A model generated the notes under the pieces. That model ran no database searches. It was not told the DNA's origin and saw only the letters and a program-made list of their open reading frames with translations. The translations under genes and the position numbers were made by a program. From a virus, in IMG/VR virus record IMGVR_UViG_3300006924_000007, positions 8,258 to 72,257 of that record: 64,000 bases of DNA, one strand, 5' to 3'. Every line of letters begins with the position of its first letter. The stretch's first letter is position 1. Of the stretch, positions 48,088 through 57,944 are shown piece by piece.

Positions 48088-49221
48088 TTATAACCCTCCG
48101 TGACCGTTAGAGCAAGACATCATACCTCTGTTAGTTCTTGTCAAATCACCAAAATCTGATGCATTTCCTGTGGTTGGAATAGTTATAAAATCAATAGTAT
48201 TAACAACAGTTGGAGTTCCACCACCACCAAAACAAGCACGGGTTGGTGAAGAAACTCCAGCTCTACTGAAACTAGCAGTCTGTAAATCACCAAAATCTTG
48301 TGCATTTCCTGTTGTTGATATAGTAATAAAGTCTATAATATTAGTGGTCGGTTCTCCTCCGGCAAAAATACCTCTTGTGGCATTTGATCCCGATCCAGCA
48401 GTTCCTCTGGCAAGTGTTAAATCTCCAAAGTCTACTGCATTTCCTAGAGTTGTTAGTGTTATATACGATATATTATTAATTTTTGAACCAGTATTACCGC
48501 CAGCAGCAATTCCACGAATCGGTGACCCACAAATTCCCTCTGTTTGTGCATCTGCAGTATAACTTAAATCACCATAATCAACTGAATTTCCTTCTGATGC
48601 AATACTGATATATTGAATTACATTTGATTTCGATGGAGCTCCTCCTCCAAAAAAGACACCTCTTGTAGAAGATGATGCTCCACCAACACCTTGTCCCATT
48701 CCTGTAGCCAAATCACCAAAATCTGAAAAATTTCCAGTGGATGCAAAAGTACCAAAATCTATTGTATTAACTATTGAACCAGTCTCACCTCCAGCAGCTA
48801 CGGCACGAGTTGATGATGCTGCGGATCCCCCTGTCCATCTTGCTTGAGATAGATTGCCAAAGTCTTGTGCATTACCGAGTGTTGATATACTTATGTAGTC
48901 TATGGTATCTGAAACGGATGGACCTCCACCCATGAATAATCCACGATGTCCTGTTCCACCGGTAGAGTTTGTATTATTTTGATCTCCAAGTTCTTCACTA
49001 CTTGCCTCAAACTCTAACCATACTAATCCATTCCAATACTCTAAGTGTGCAGAGTCAGTATTAAAACGAATAGACCCAGGAGGGCAATCAGAGGGTCTCT
49101 GTGCCGTGGTTCCAGTTGGGGGTATAAAATATTGCTGACCAGAAAATGTCGTGATACCAGATAATACAGGGCCACCAGTATTTGATTCGTTTCCTAAAGT
49201 GTTGACCCTTATCTCAGACAT
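48088..49221 (-). CDS. Kelch-like six-repeat protein, full N-module
   Basis: FIPPTGTTAQRP...GSIRFNTDSAHLEYWNG; 377 aa. Confidence 0.8.
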   Translation of the reverse strand: MSEIRVNTLGNESNTGGPVLSGITTFSGQQYFIPPTGTTAQRPSDCPPGSIRFNTDSAHLEYWNGLVWLEFEASSEELGDQNNTNSTGGTGHRGLFMGGGPSVSDTIDYISISTLGNAQDFGNLSQARWTGGSAASSTRAVAAGGETGSIVNTIDFGTFASTGNFSDFGDLATGMGQGVGGASSSTRGVFFGGGAPSKSNVIQYISIASEGNSVDYGDLSYTADAQTEGICGSPIRGIAAGGNTGSKINNISYITLTTLGNAVDFGDLTLARGTAGSGSNATRGIFAGGEPTTNIIDFITISTTGNAQDFGDLQTASFSRAGVSSPTRACFGGGGTPTVVNTIDFITIPTTGNASDFGDLTRTNRGMMSCSNGHGGL

Positions 49222-49224
49222 GTA

Positions 49225-50016
49225 TTATCTGTTCCAGAAATCCATATTGATATACTTATTTATCACAGATGAACTGAGCACTTCTGAGTAATGTTTTGAA
49301 GTCTTTTTAATACTTGGTCTGACTTCGTGCATTGTCTCAAGACCATATACTTCCTTATCTTTTTCTCTGTCTTTTGCAACGATATTATCAAAATTATACT
49401 CATATGGTTTTAACTTCAAAAACCAGTGGATGCCTTGTAGTGCCTTTTCTGGGTCATTTACCAAATCATCATATTGCACAAAATGAATGTGTTTTGTCTG
49501 ATTTTGACGAAATGCGGTTGCAAGTGCATTCATACTTTCCCATACAATTCCACCAGGATTCATCATAAACTCACACCGACTATCATCAGTGATAAACAAT
49601 CCTTGCTTGAGCATTGCCTTATCAATAAAATTGAATCCTCCATCCTTATGAAACAATGTAATGAAAGATGCCAATATATCTAGTGGATTACGAACAGTGC
49701 AAATAATCCTAGGATCATCTGTTACGTACTTTTTTAACATGTCAATGTGTGCTGGCCATGCACGACATTTGTCAATAATAATAGGTTCGTCTCTATTACA
49801 ATAATAAGTGATAATCCCATCACGTACCATTTTACGAAATATATCCGGTTTGGGAAATGCCTGTGCCTGCTCCCCTTTAAGTATATCGTCCGTATAATAC
49901 ATAACCTCAAATACAGGAGATAGTGTTCCCGCATGTATTTGAGGATTTTGGTTTAATATTGCCGTCAGAAGCGTAGATCCCGAACGTGGGAGTCCGCAAT
50001 CAAAATGAAATTTCAT
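49225..50016 (-). CDS. PAPS-dependent sulfotransferase-family protein
   Basis: GLPRSGSTLL (5'-PSB loop), VRNPLDILAS (3'-PB), YDDLVNDP. Confidence 0.85.
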   Translation of the reverse strand: MKFHFDCGLPRSGSTLLTAILNQNPQIHAGTLSPVFEVMYYTDDILKGEQAQAFPKPDIFRKMVRDGIITYYCNRDEPIIIDKCRAWPAHIDMLKKYVTDDPRIICTVRNPLDILASFITLFHKDGGFNFIDKAMLKQGLFITDDSRCEFMMNPGGIVWESMNALATAFRQNQTKHIHFVQYDDLVNDPEKALQGIHWFLKLKPYEYNFDNIVAKDREKDKEVYGLETMHEVRPSIKKTSKHYSEVLSSSVINKYINMDFWNR

Positions 50017-50041
50017 AATTTTTGAAAAACCCTACAGGTCA

Positions 50042-50074
50042 AAAAATTGCCGGGATTTTTTTACGGCAATTTTT
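50042..50074. repeat. Intergenic perfect inverted repeat (11-bp stem)
   Basis: AAAAATTGCCG-11 nt-CGGCAATTTTT. Confidence 0.7.
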
Positions 50075-50096
50075 GGAAATAAAAGTTGAATTTGGT

Positions 50097-50675
50097 TTAG
50101 GAGTTGACTGCCTCGTAAATATCCCAGAGTCTTGTTGCCTCTGCTGCATAATCGTATGCAGTCTCAAAGGTTGTAGTATCAGTTGTCGTTATAGTATCGG
50201 TTCTAGATTCTGCACCATCAGTTGTCACAATAGTTCTTGATGTTGATGTGGCAGTCTTGACCTCTACAACATTTCCGGTTCCAGAGAACGTAACCTTATC
50301 GGTCGTGGTTGTAGAAAGTCCTACTCCCGTGAACCATGCATCATCAGTGCCAGTAGTAATTGAAGTCTGAACACCAGTGACTGTATCAGTCAGAACTTTA
50401 TAGTCATTCGTAGTTCCAACAGTTGTAATATAAGTTTGAAGGTCTGCCTTACTTGCAATAGAACCAACATAACCATCAGGAGTTCCGTCAGAATCTACAT
50501 CACCACATCCCATACCCAAATAAATGGTGTCTTGTGGAGCACCAAAACGAGGAAGTTTGCCTGCCTTATTTGCACTTACGCTGTGTTGACCTTTGAATGC
50601 TCTGGAGTCCGTGCATAACCACTCAGGTTGCTTACCATGAATGGTTAATGTATATTTAATGAGAGGATATGCCAT
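50097..50675 (-). CDS. Hypothetical Thr-rich protein
   Basis: 192-aa ORF in the cassette interrupting the array. Confidence 0.65.
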   Translation of the reverse strand: MAYPLIKYTLTIHGKQPEWLCTDSRAFKGQHSVSANKAGKLPRFGAPQDTIYLGMGCGDVDSDGTPDGYVGSIASKADLQTYITTVGTTNDYKVLTDTVTGVQTSITTGTDDAWFTGVGLSTTTTDKVTFSGTGNVVEVKTATSTSRTIVTTDGAESRTDTITTTDTTTFETAYDYAAEATRLWDIYEAVNS

Positions 50676-50680
50676 TGTTG

Positions 50681-51403
50681 TTAATTGTTCCTAGAGTATT
50701 TACCATTGAAGAGATGTGAACCAAAGTGTCCGGTCTCCACCCAAGGAGCACACCAGACTTTGCCACCAATCTGCCTATAAGAATGACAGAAGAAATAATC
50801 TTCCGATAACAAATGATTTGTATCTTTATTTATCTCAACACGGAAGTAGTCTTTGATTTCTACTCCGTCTGGTAATGATCTCCCACCATTAGTATATATC
50901 GGAGTTTGTGGTTCTAGTGCCTGCAAACAATCACGACGGATCATCATGAATGCATTGCCACCATGTTCAATCTCAAATGGAGTTTCTTCATTCTCCATCT
51001 CAATACCAGGAAGTGTATTGATATTAAAGACTCCACCAGTGCGTCCAATATCATCATCACCGGCAAGTGCTGCCTGACGAATCTCTTCCCAGTTATATCC
51101 TTTCAGTGCAACAGGTCCAATGATTAGTTCCTTATCTGCCTGAATCATCTTTACAATATCCTCAACACGGAATTTAATATCCGCATCAATGAATAGAAGA
51201 TGAGTTGCATCAGGTAGATTCATAAAGTGGTGAGCAATAGTATTACGCCCACGCTGAATCAATGACTCATTACCAAGAAAGATGGTAGTGAGTTTGACAC
51301 CAGATTTATTGCAAGACTCAGAGAGTTTAAGTAATGAATCTGTATATTCACTTGTACACATACCCCCGTACATGGGGGTTCCAATCACAAGATGCAAATC
51401 CAT
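50681..51403 (-). CDS. GT-A fold glycosyltransferase-like protein
   Basis: IGTPMYGG...NESLIQRGRN...LLFIDADI (DxD)...LSEDYFFC...H. Confidence 0.75.
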   Translation of the reverse strand: MDLHLVIGTPMYGGMCTSEYTDSLLKLSESCNKSGVKLTTIFLGNESLIQRGRNTIAHHFMNLPDATHLLFIDADIKFRVEDIVKMIQADKELIIGPVALKGYNWEEIRQAALAGDDDIGRTGGVFNINTLPGIEMENEETPFEIEHGGNAFMMIRRDCLQALEPQTPIYTNGGRSLPDGVEIKDYFRVEINKDTNHLLSEDYFFCHSYRQIGGKVWCAPWVETGHFGSHLFNGKYSRNN

Positions 51404-51404
51404 A

Positions 51405-52334
51405 TCACTCTTCTACAGATGCTTTCAGTTTAGCATACTCTTCATCTACTTTAGATTCTGGAAGAACAGCATAGTTTGGTATTGCAAGAGACTTCTCATC
51501 AAGAATCTTAAATCCACGACTTTCTGCAAAGCGTTCTGAACAATTCTCAAACTTATCTGCACACTTTTCAAGCCACTCAACAGTCATCTCATGTGAAGGT
51601 GCCTGACCATTTGCAATCAGTTCGTTCTCCATCTTCAGATAGTTGAAGACTTCTGCTTGTGCATGTGAAACATTGACACCAATATCAAACAGATAGATAG
51701 AGTTTCCTTCATCAATCACACCACCACGAGGACGGGCAGAGTTCAATGCTTGCTTCAGGCAGGTCATTACATGATAACGCTTCTCTTCACGCTCATAATC
51801 TTCTTCTGTAATATGGTCTTTGCCAATGTGATCTAGAACAGAACGATACTGAGTCATCAGGAAGGACATCTTACGGATGGCACCCTTCATTGAGTTCTCA
51901 ATGTTCATGTTGTTATTCATGAGTTCGATCATCTCAATCTCAAGTTCTTCACGATCTAAATCATCCTTTTCAGCATCAATCTCACGTTGCTTCTTACGGA
52001 TTTTAATGTCATTCTTACGGCGATTGATTTGTGCCTCTGCAAGGGCACTCTTTGTTCTTTCAATCGCGGCAAGAGTATGCTTGATGCTACGGATAGGTGT
52101 CAGGTCAGTGATGTCCAAAGTCACAGTCATCATCTGTGAGTGTGACTTGTAGAAGTTGTCACAAGCAAGTTTAGTTGCAGGTAATGTTTCCTCAATATGA
52201 GTCAACATTCCTGTGTATTCTTGCGGCAGAGGACCAGTTGCAAGTTGTGCAAGGTCACTCTTGAGCGTTGTGACAGAAATCTCTGAACCAGGTGTAATAT
52301 CTACCGAAGTAATAGCAGAACTTTCTTCATTCAT
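51405..52334 (-). CDS. Hypothetical coiled-coil protein
   Basis: 309 aa, helical; first gene of the internal cassette; preceded by an ATAAATA motif. Confidence 0.65.
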   Translation of the reverse strand: MNEESSAITSVDITPGSEISVTTLKSDLAQLATGPLPQEYTGMLTHIEETLPATKLACDNFYKSHSQMMTVTLDITDLTPIRSIKHTLAAIERTKSALAEAQINRRKNDIKIRKKQREIDAEKDDLDREELEIEMIELMNNNMNIENSMKGAIRKMSFLMTQYRSVLDHIGKDHITEEDYEREEKRYHVMTCLKQALNSARPRGGVIDEGNSIYLFDIGVNVSHAQAEVFNYLKMENELIANGQAPSHEMTVEWLEKCADKFENCSERFAESRGFKILDEKSLAIPNYAVLPESKVDEEYAKLKASVEE

Positions 52335-52393
52335 ATCAGTTCAATCTATAGTGTAATAACTACCATATTTATTATACTATAAGAAGTCGGTTT

Positions 52394-53431
52394 TTACAAC
52401 CCTCCGTGAGCGTTGGAGCAAGCAGCAATATTGTTTCTTGCAACTGTTAAATCACCAAAGTCAACAGCATCTCCTTGTGTTGAAATAGTTACATAATCAA
52501 TGATATTAGAATATCCAGGATCACTTCCTCCACCATTAACGCCTCTTGTTGGTGATGAGCATCCAGCACTGGTATCCTTAACCGTAGTTAAATCACCAAA
52601 GTTTGTTGAATTTCCTGTGGTTGCAATTGTAATATATTCTATCGTATTTACAGCGGCTGGTTGACTTCCACCAAAGAATAATCCCCTAGTTGAATTGGAA
52701 GCACCAGTTCCCATTGCGGCTCTATTTGCAGACAAATCTCCAAAATTTTGTGCAGATCCAAGTGTCGGTATTGTTATAAATTGAATTAAACTTTGAATTC
52801 CTGGATTTTGACCACCGGCAAAAACACCACGAACAGGAGATGCTACAGAACTGTGGTATTTTGATGCACCAATTAGATTGCCAAAGTCTTTTGATCCTCC
52901 TTTTGATGCAATCGTAATATAATTAATTGTATCAATACCACCAGTCAAAGGTGAATTACCATCTCCACCAGCAATTATACCCCTTGTTTGATTGGAAACT
53001 GTTCCTGCTCTTGCTGTTGGGTCTATTAGATCACCAAAATCTATTGCATCTCCTGTTGAAGCAATGGTGATATAGTCAATAGTATCAAGTCTTGGTGGAG
53101 TATATCCACCCATAAAAACTGCACGAGTGTTTGATGCTAAACCACTCAACATACCACGACCACCAGTTAAATTACCAAAGTCAGTCGCATTTCCAGTAGA
53201 TGAAATATTTGCATAATCAATTATATCCAGGTATCCACCAGCACCAGGATTAAGTCCTCCCGCCCATACACCACGGGCACCAGGTTGAGTATCAACACTT
53301 CTACCAAGGTTTGGTGTGCTTAACTGAAACTCTGCCCACTGTGAGCCATCCCAGAGTTCTGGTTTATTACTATCAGTATTAAATCGTATTGCGCCTCTTG
53401 GGATTTCACCTGATGGGGGAAGATTACTCAT
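52394..53431 (-). CDS. Kelch-like six-repeat protein, type B
   Basis: MSNLPPSGEIPRGAIRFNTDSNKPELWDGSQW; ends SNAHGGL. Confidence 0.8.
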   Translation of the reverse strand: MSNLPPSGEIPRGAIRFNTDSNKPELWDGSQWAEFQLSTPNLGRSVDTQPGARGVWAGGLNPGAGGYLDIIDYANISSTGNATDFGNLTGGRGMLSGLASNTRAVFMGGYTPPRLDTIDYITIASTGDAIDFGDLIDPTARAGTVSNQTRGIIAGGDGNSPLTGGIDTINYITIASKGGSKDFGNLIGASKYHSSVASPVRGVFAGGQNPGIQSLIQFITIPTLGSAQNFGDLSANRAAMGTGASNSTRGLFFGGSQPAAVNTIEYITIATTGNSTNFGDLTTVKDTSAGCSSPTRGVNGGGSDPGYSNIIDYVTISTQGDAVDFGDLTVARNNIAACSNAHGGL

Positions 53432-53453
53432 ATTTTTATACCTCTATCGATAT

Positions 53454-55205
53454 TTATCCAAGACCACCATGAGCATTTGATAATCCAAATAAACCATTCT
53501 CATCGTAAACCAGATCACCAAAATCAATTGAATTTCCGGTGGTTGGGATTGCAATATATTGAATTACATTACCAGCAGAGGATGGTTGACTTCCACCAGC
53601 AAATATTCCACGAGTTGATGATGAGGCAGTGTTTCCTCTTTGGTTATGTTTGTATAAATCACCAAAATCCTGCCCATTTCCAGATGTTGATATTGTGACA
53701 AATTCAATTGTCTGTGTATTACTAGGGGTGATTCCCCCACCAAATACGGCTCTTGTCGAATTTGAACACCCTGACAATCTAAATCTAGATTCGCTTAAAT
53801 CACCAAAGTCTTTTGCATTTCCAGTTGTTGCAATGGTTACATATACTATGCTGTTTTCAGCACCACCCGAATTTGAACCAGCGATTACCCCTCTGACAGG
53901 ACTTGCTCCTCTTGCCGATGCATATAAACCTTGTATTAGATCGCCATAATCTGTGGCATCACCAGTGGTTGCAATTGTTACATAATCAATAACATTGAAT
54001 GTGCTTGGAAAATATCCTCCAGCAAACACTGCACGAGTTGAATTAGAAATACCAGCAGCTTGCTGCCTTGCTTGGGTTAAATCACCAAAATTTGTTGCAT
54101 CTCCTGTTGATGTAATGGTAATATAATCTATTGTATTTGTCGCTGCGCTGGTAGATGGTGCTATGTTTCCTCCAGCAATTATACCCCTTGTTCTTGATGC
54201 ACAACCATTACCATCTAAAGCACCAGACTGTCGAGTCAAATCACCAAAATCTGTGCCATTCCCAAGGGTTGCAATAGTAATATACTCAATGGTATTAACA
54301 TGAGGATCGCCACCACCAAAAACACCACGGGCACTACCATCACTAACAGCATTGGTAGCAAAATTCGGAAATCTTTCTTCTGTCGTTCCCTTTGGTAGTG
54401 TTAACCAGTTCTGTGAGACAAATCCTGCTCCACCTTGGAATGTTGGACCAGCAGTAGGATCAACATTTCTTGTCAGTCCTGGATTGAATGTTGTAATACC
54501 AATGGGACTATCAGTTGCTGTGGGTGTTGGAGAACTTGTGCGATCACCATGTGCTACAATGACCTTTCCTGTTTTTTCTGCAAAAATATTCTCTCCATCA
54601 TACAACCCAAGGAAAACAGTTTCTGGGTGAACTTCTAGTTCTCTGGTTGGAACTGTAAAGTTTTCTGTATAAACTGCATGTCCCTTACAAATACGAATGT
54701 TGGACATATATCCTTGGAATTCATATGTGGCTGGCGCGGGTGTATAGTCTCCAATTCCTAAAGGAGTTAGATCATTATATATTGTTCCCGATACAGTATT
54801 GGTGTATTTCTCTATACCATTTATAAAATATCTAAAAGTATTACTACTTCTAGTAAGAGCAAAATGACTCCATTCATTTTGAAATATACTGTCTGTTCCA
54901 GTTGCATTGGCAGTAGAAATCATATCATAACTACCACCATTGCTACTCACATATAATGACAAAGAATTTGAACTCATAAAGTATGTCTGTAGCGAATATC
55001 CAGGAGTAACAAGTGTTGCATATGAACCCTGAGGTATTCCAGTTGGATAAATAAATCCTTCTATTGTAAAGTCTCCACTACCAAAACTAAAGTCATCACT
55101 ATCAGCAATACTCAAATGATCCTGAACCCCATCAAAAAATACTGACCCTGTGTTCTCGGTGGATACTCCAACTGCTGCAATCTTATTGACTCTTAAATTT
55201 GCCAT
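53454..55205 (-). CDS. Kelch-like six-repeat protein, type A, with one LamG/ConA-like domain
   Basis: SVFFDG...GDFTIEGFI...WSHFALTR...GYMSNIRI (LamG), then LPKGTTEER, then the repeats. Confidence 0.82.
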   Translation of the reverse strand: MANLRVNKIAAVGVSTENTGSVFFDGVQDHLSIADSDDFSFGSGDFTIEGFIYPTGIPQGSYATLVTPGYSLQTYFMSSNSLSLYVSSNGGSYDMISTANATGTDSIFQNEWSHFALTRSSNTFRYFINGIEKYTNTVSGTIYNDLTPLGIGDYTPAPATYEFQGYMSNIRICKGHAVYTENFTVPTRELEVHPETVFLGLYDGENIFAEKTGKVIVAHGDRTSSPTPTATDSPIGITTFNPGLTRNVDPTAGPTFQGGAGFVSQNWLTLPKGTTEERFPNFATNAVSDGSARGVFGGGDPHVNTIEYITIATLGNGTDFGDLTRQSGALDGNGCASRTRGIIAGGNIAPSTSAATNTIDYITITSTGDATNFGDLTQARQQAAGISNSTRAVFAGGYFPSTFNVIDYVTIATTGDATDYGDLIQGLYASARGASPVRGVIAGSNSGGAENSIVYVTIATTGNAKDFGDLSESRFRLSGCSNSTRAVFGGGITPSNTQTIEFVTISTSGNGQDFGDLYKHNQRGNTASSSTRGIFAGGSQPSSAGNVIQYIAIPTTGNSIDFGDLVYDENGLFGLSNAHGGLG

Positions 55206-55208
55206 GAC

Positions 55209-56231
55209 TTATAATCCTCCGTGACCGTTAGAGCAGTTTCCTCTCATCATTAGACTTCTAGCAACAGTTAGATTTCCAAAATCAACAGAATTTCCTGTGG
55301 TCATAATCTGCACATATTCAATTGTATCAGTTGTAGATGGAAATCCTCCACCACCATAACATGCACGAGTTGATGATGATGGAGATCCTCCAGAATAATG
55401 ATTTGTTGCAACTGTTAGATCACCAAAATCTAATGCATTACCTAAAGTTGCAATAGTAAGATAATTTATATCTTCCGCGCCTCTTCTAAAATATAATGCC
55501 CTTACTGCATTAGATGATGCACCACCACTGTGATCTACAATTGTTAAATCACCAAAGTCTGCTGAGTTTCCAAGAGTTGAAATAGTGACAAAAGTAATTG
55601 TATTTGTATCACCTGGTGCTGTCCCTCCCATGACTAGACCACGAGTAGGACTTGCTGCTCCAGCTGGGGAACTAGTTGCTGCCGTCAAATTTCCAAAATC
55701 AATAGTATTTCCATTCGTATCTATTGTAGTATATTGAATAATATCTTGTCTTGTTCCAGTTGTTCCACCAGCAAATATTCCACGAGTTGCATTTGCAAGT
55801 GGTGCAAATCCCTGACAATTACTTGTTGCCGACAACAAATCACCATAATCAGCTGCATTTCCTGTTGATGATATTGTTACAAAATCAATTGCATTCGATC
55901 CAAGAGGAACTGCATTACCTGCCCATAGTGCTCTGGTTCTATTTGAAAATCCAGCACTTTCTCGTCTTGCTTCAGTTAAATTGCCAAAATCAATTGCATT
56001 TCCTGTTGATGCAATGTTTATGTAGTCTATTTCATTTCTGCTTGCAGGAGCAACATATCCACCCGCCAATAATCCACGAGTTCCAGGAGTTGAATCACCA
56101 CTGGTTCCAAGATTAGGAGTATCAGTAGACATCACCCACCATTCTCCCTGAGCATAAAACTCTAGCCTCTGGGAGTCGGTATTAAATCTAATTGCACCTT
56201 GTGGGATTTCGCCTGATGGGGGGAGACTCAT
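55209..56231 (-). CDS. Kelch-like six-repeat protein, type B
   Basis: MSLPPSGEIPQGAIRFNTDSQRLEFY...W; ends SNGHGGL. Confidence 0.8.
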   Translation of the reverse strand: MSLPPSGEIPQGAIRFNTDSQRLEFYAQGEWWVMSTDTPNLGTSGDSTPGTRGLLAGGYVAPASRNEIDYINIASTGNAIDFGNLTEARRESAGFSNRTRALWAGNAVPLGSNAIDFVTISSTGNAADYGDLLSATSNCQGFAPLANATRGIFAGGTTGTRQDIIQYTTIDTNGNTIDFGNLTAATSSPAGAASPTRGLVMGGTAPGDTNTITFVTISTLGNSADFGDLTIVDHSGGASSNAVRALYFRRGAEDINYLTIATLGNALDFGDLTVATNHYSGGSPSSSTRACYGGGGFPSTTDTIEYVQIMTTGNSVDFGNLTVARSLMMRGNCSNGHGGL

Positions 56232-56252
56232 ATCTTTATACCTCTAACATAT

Positions 56253-57944
56253 TTATGAGAGACCACCGTGAGAGTCTGAACATGCAGCACCTTGTTTTAT
56301 GCGTTGAGTTAAATCACCGAAGTCTCTTGCATTTCCTGTGGTCTGTATTGTTATATAATCTATAGCATTTGTTTCATCTACCACAAGCACATCTCCTAAT
56401 GCAAGAACACCTCTTATTGAATTACTTGATGCACCTTCCGGTTCATATGCTCCATTGGTTAAGTCGCCAAAATCTTGTGCATTTCCAAGAGTTGCAATTG
56501 TTATATACTCAATAACATTTGATTTAGATGGAGATGCATACCCTCCAGCAACTATACCTCTTGTTGAATCGGAAAGTGCCATTCTTGAGGTATTAGTAAT
56601 TGTAGTATCACCAAAATCTTGTGCGTTTCCAGTTGTTGCCCATGTAATATACTGAACTGTGGTGCCAATGAAAATAATACCTCTGGTTGGAGATCCGCAT
56701 CCACATCCTTTCGAACTCTCATCAGTTAAATCGCCAAAGTCTTGTGCATTCCCTATTGATGCAATAGTCACAAAATCAATTATATTACTATTACTTCCCG
56801 GAGTTCCCCCCGCAAAAAAGACAGCCCTGGTGGTATTTGATGCACCACCGACATCCATTCTTGTTGTAGTCAAATCACCAAAGTCAGTTGCATTACTTGT
56901 TGTTGAAATAGTCACAAACTCAATGACATTAGTTGTTGGAGAAACCTGTCCACCAGCAAACAACCCTCTAATTGCACCTGCGGCACCAGCCAATCTTTCC
57001 CTAATACTAGTCAAATCACCAAAATCTAATGCATTACCTTGAGTTTGAATTTGAATAAAATCAATCGTGTTTTTCTGAGATCCGGGGTTGGCATTCCCAC
57101 CACCAAACAATCCACGACCTCTGCCTCTTTGTTCTGTCGTGCCTGATGGTGGAACAAAATATCCTTGAGTATCAAATGTTGTGACACCACTGAACTCTGT
57201 GCCTGATGTGAAGTCTCTGGTGAGTCCTGGAGAGAATGTTGATGCTGCTGCATTTCCATTGGCAGTGATAGTCTTTCCTGTTCCATCTGCAGCTGCAGAG
57301 TCTGGGTTATTGCAACAGAGTAATACAGTATCACCAATAACTTCTAATGCATGTGTTGGTGGTGTGAAGTCTGATGTGTAAAGTGCGGTTCCATTGAGAA
57401 TTCTTAAGTTGGATACATATCCGGTAATACTTTCACTGTTGTATTGACCTACGTTAAATTCTGCTGCAGAAATATCTGCTTGGGGTGTTCCACTCAACGA
57501 AATATAATCAGTTCCTCTCCCATTGATGAATAATTTTGCACCATTTGCAACACTATATGTCATTGCAATGTGTGACCATTCTCCAACAACGACTTTATCG
57601 GATGTAACAAAAGTATGATTTTGACTTCCTTTCCAATAATAAAATTTTACAGTATTATCACTAACTGGACCGAAAGACCAATAATTGGTAGCACCATCAT
57701 GTTCAAAATGACCAACCATAGCTGGAATATCGCTTCCAGCTCCGGCATCATTAAACCACCAATCAGCATAACTATCAGCATATATCCATGCTTCAATGGT
57801 GAAATCAGATTGCCACCAATTAACAAAAGAATTATTAATTGGAGTAACTGCTAAGTAATCCCCAGTCCCATCAAAACTCACAGACCCTGTGACTGGTGTA
57901 GGTGTTTCTAACCCTGAAATTTTATCGGTGCGTAATATTCCCAT
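56253..57944 (-). CDS. Kelch-like six-repeat protein, type A, with one LamG/ConA-like domain
   Basis: SVSFDGTGDYL...DFTIEAWIY...WSHIA...GYVSNLRI; FVPPSGTTEQR; repeats. Confidence 0.82.
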   Translation of the reverse strand: MGILRTDKISGLETPTPVTGSVSFDGTGDYLAVTPINNSFVNWWQSDFTIEAWIYADSYADWWFNDAGAGSDIPAMVGHFEHDGATNYWSFGPVSDNTVKFYYWKGSQNHTFVTSDKVVVGEWSHIAMTYSVANGAKLFINGRGTDYISLSGTPQADISAAEFNVGQYNSESITGYVSNLRILNGTALYTSDFTPPTHALEVIGDTVLLCCNNPDSAAADGTGKTITANGNAAASTFSPGLTRDFTSGTEFSGVTTFDTQGYFVPPSGTTEQRGRGRGLFGGGNANPGSQKNTIDFIQIQTQGNALDFGDLTSIRERLAGAAGAIRGLFAGGQVSPTTNVIEFVTISTTSNATDFGDLTTTRMDVGGASNTTRAVFFAGGTPGSNSNIIDFVTIASIGNAQDFGDLTDESSKGCGCGSPTRGIIFIGTTVQYITWATTGNAQDFGDTTITNTSRMALSDSTRGIVAGGYASPSKSNVIEYITIATLGNAQDFGDLTNGAYEPEGASSNSIRGVLALGDVLVVDETNAIDYITIQTTGNARDFGDLTQRIKQGAACSDSHGGLS

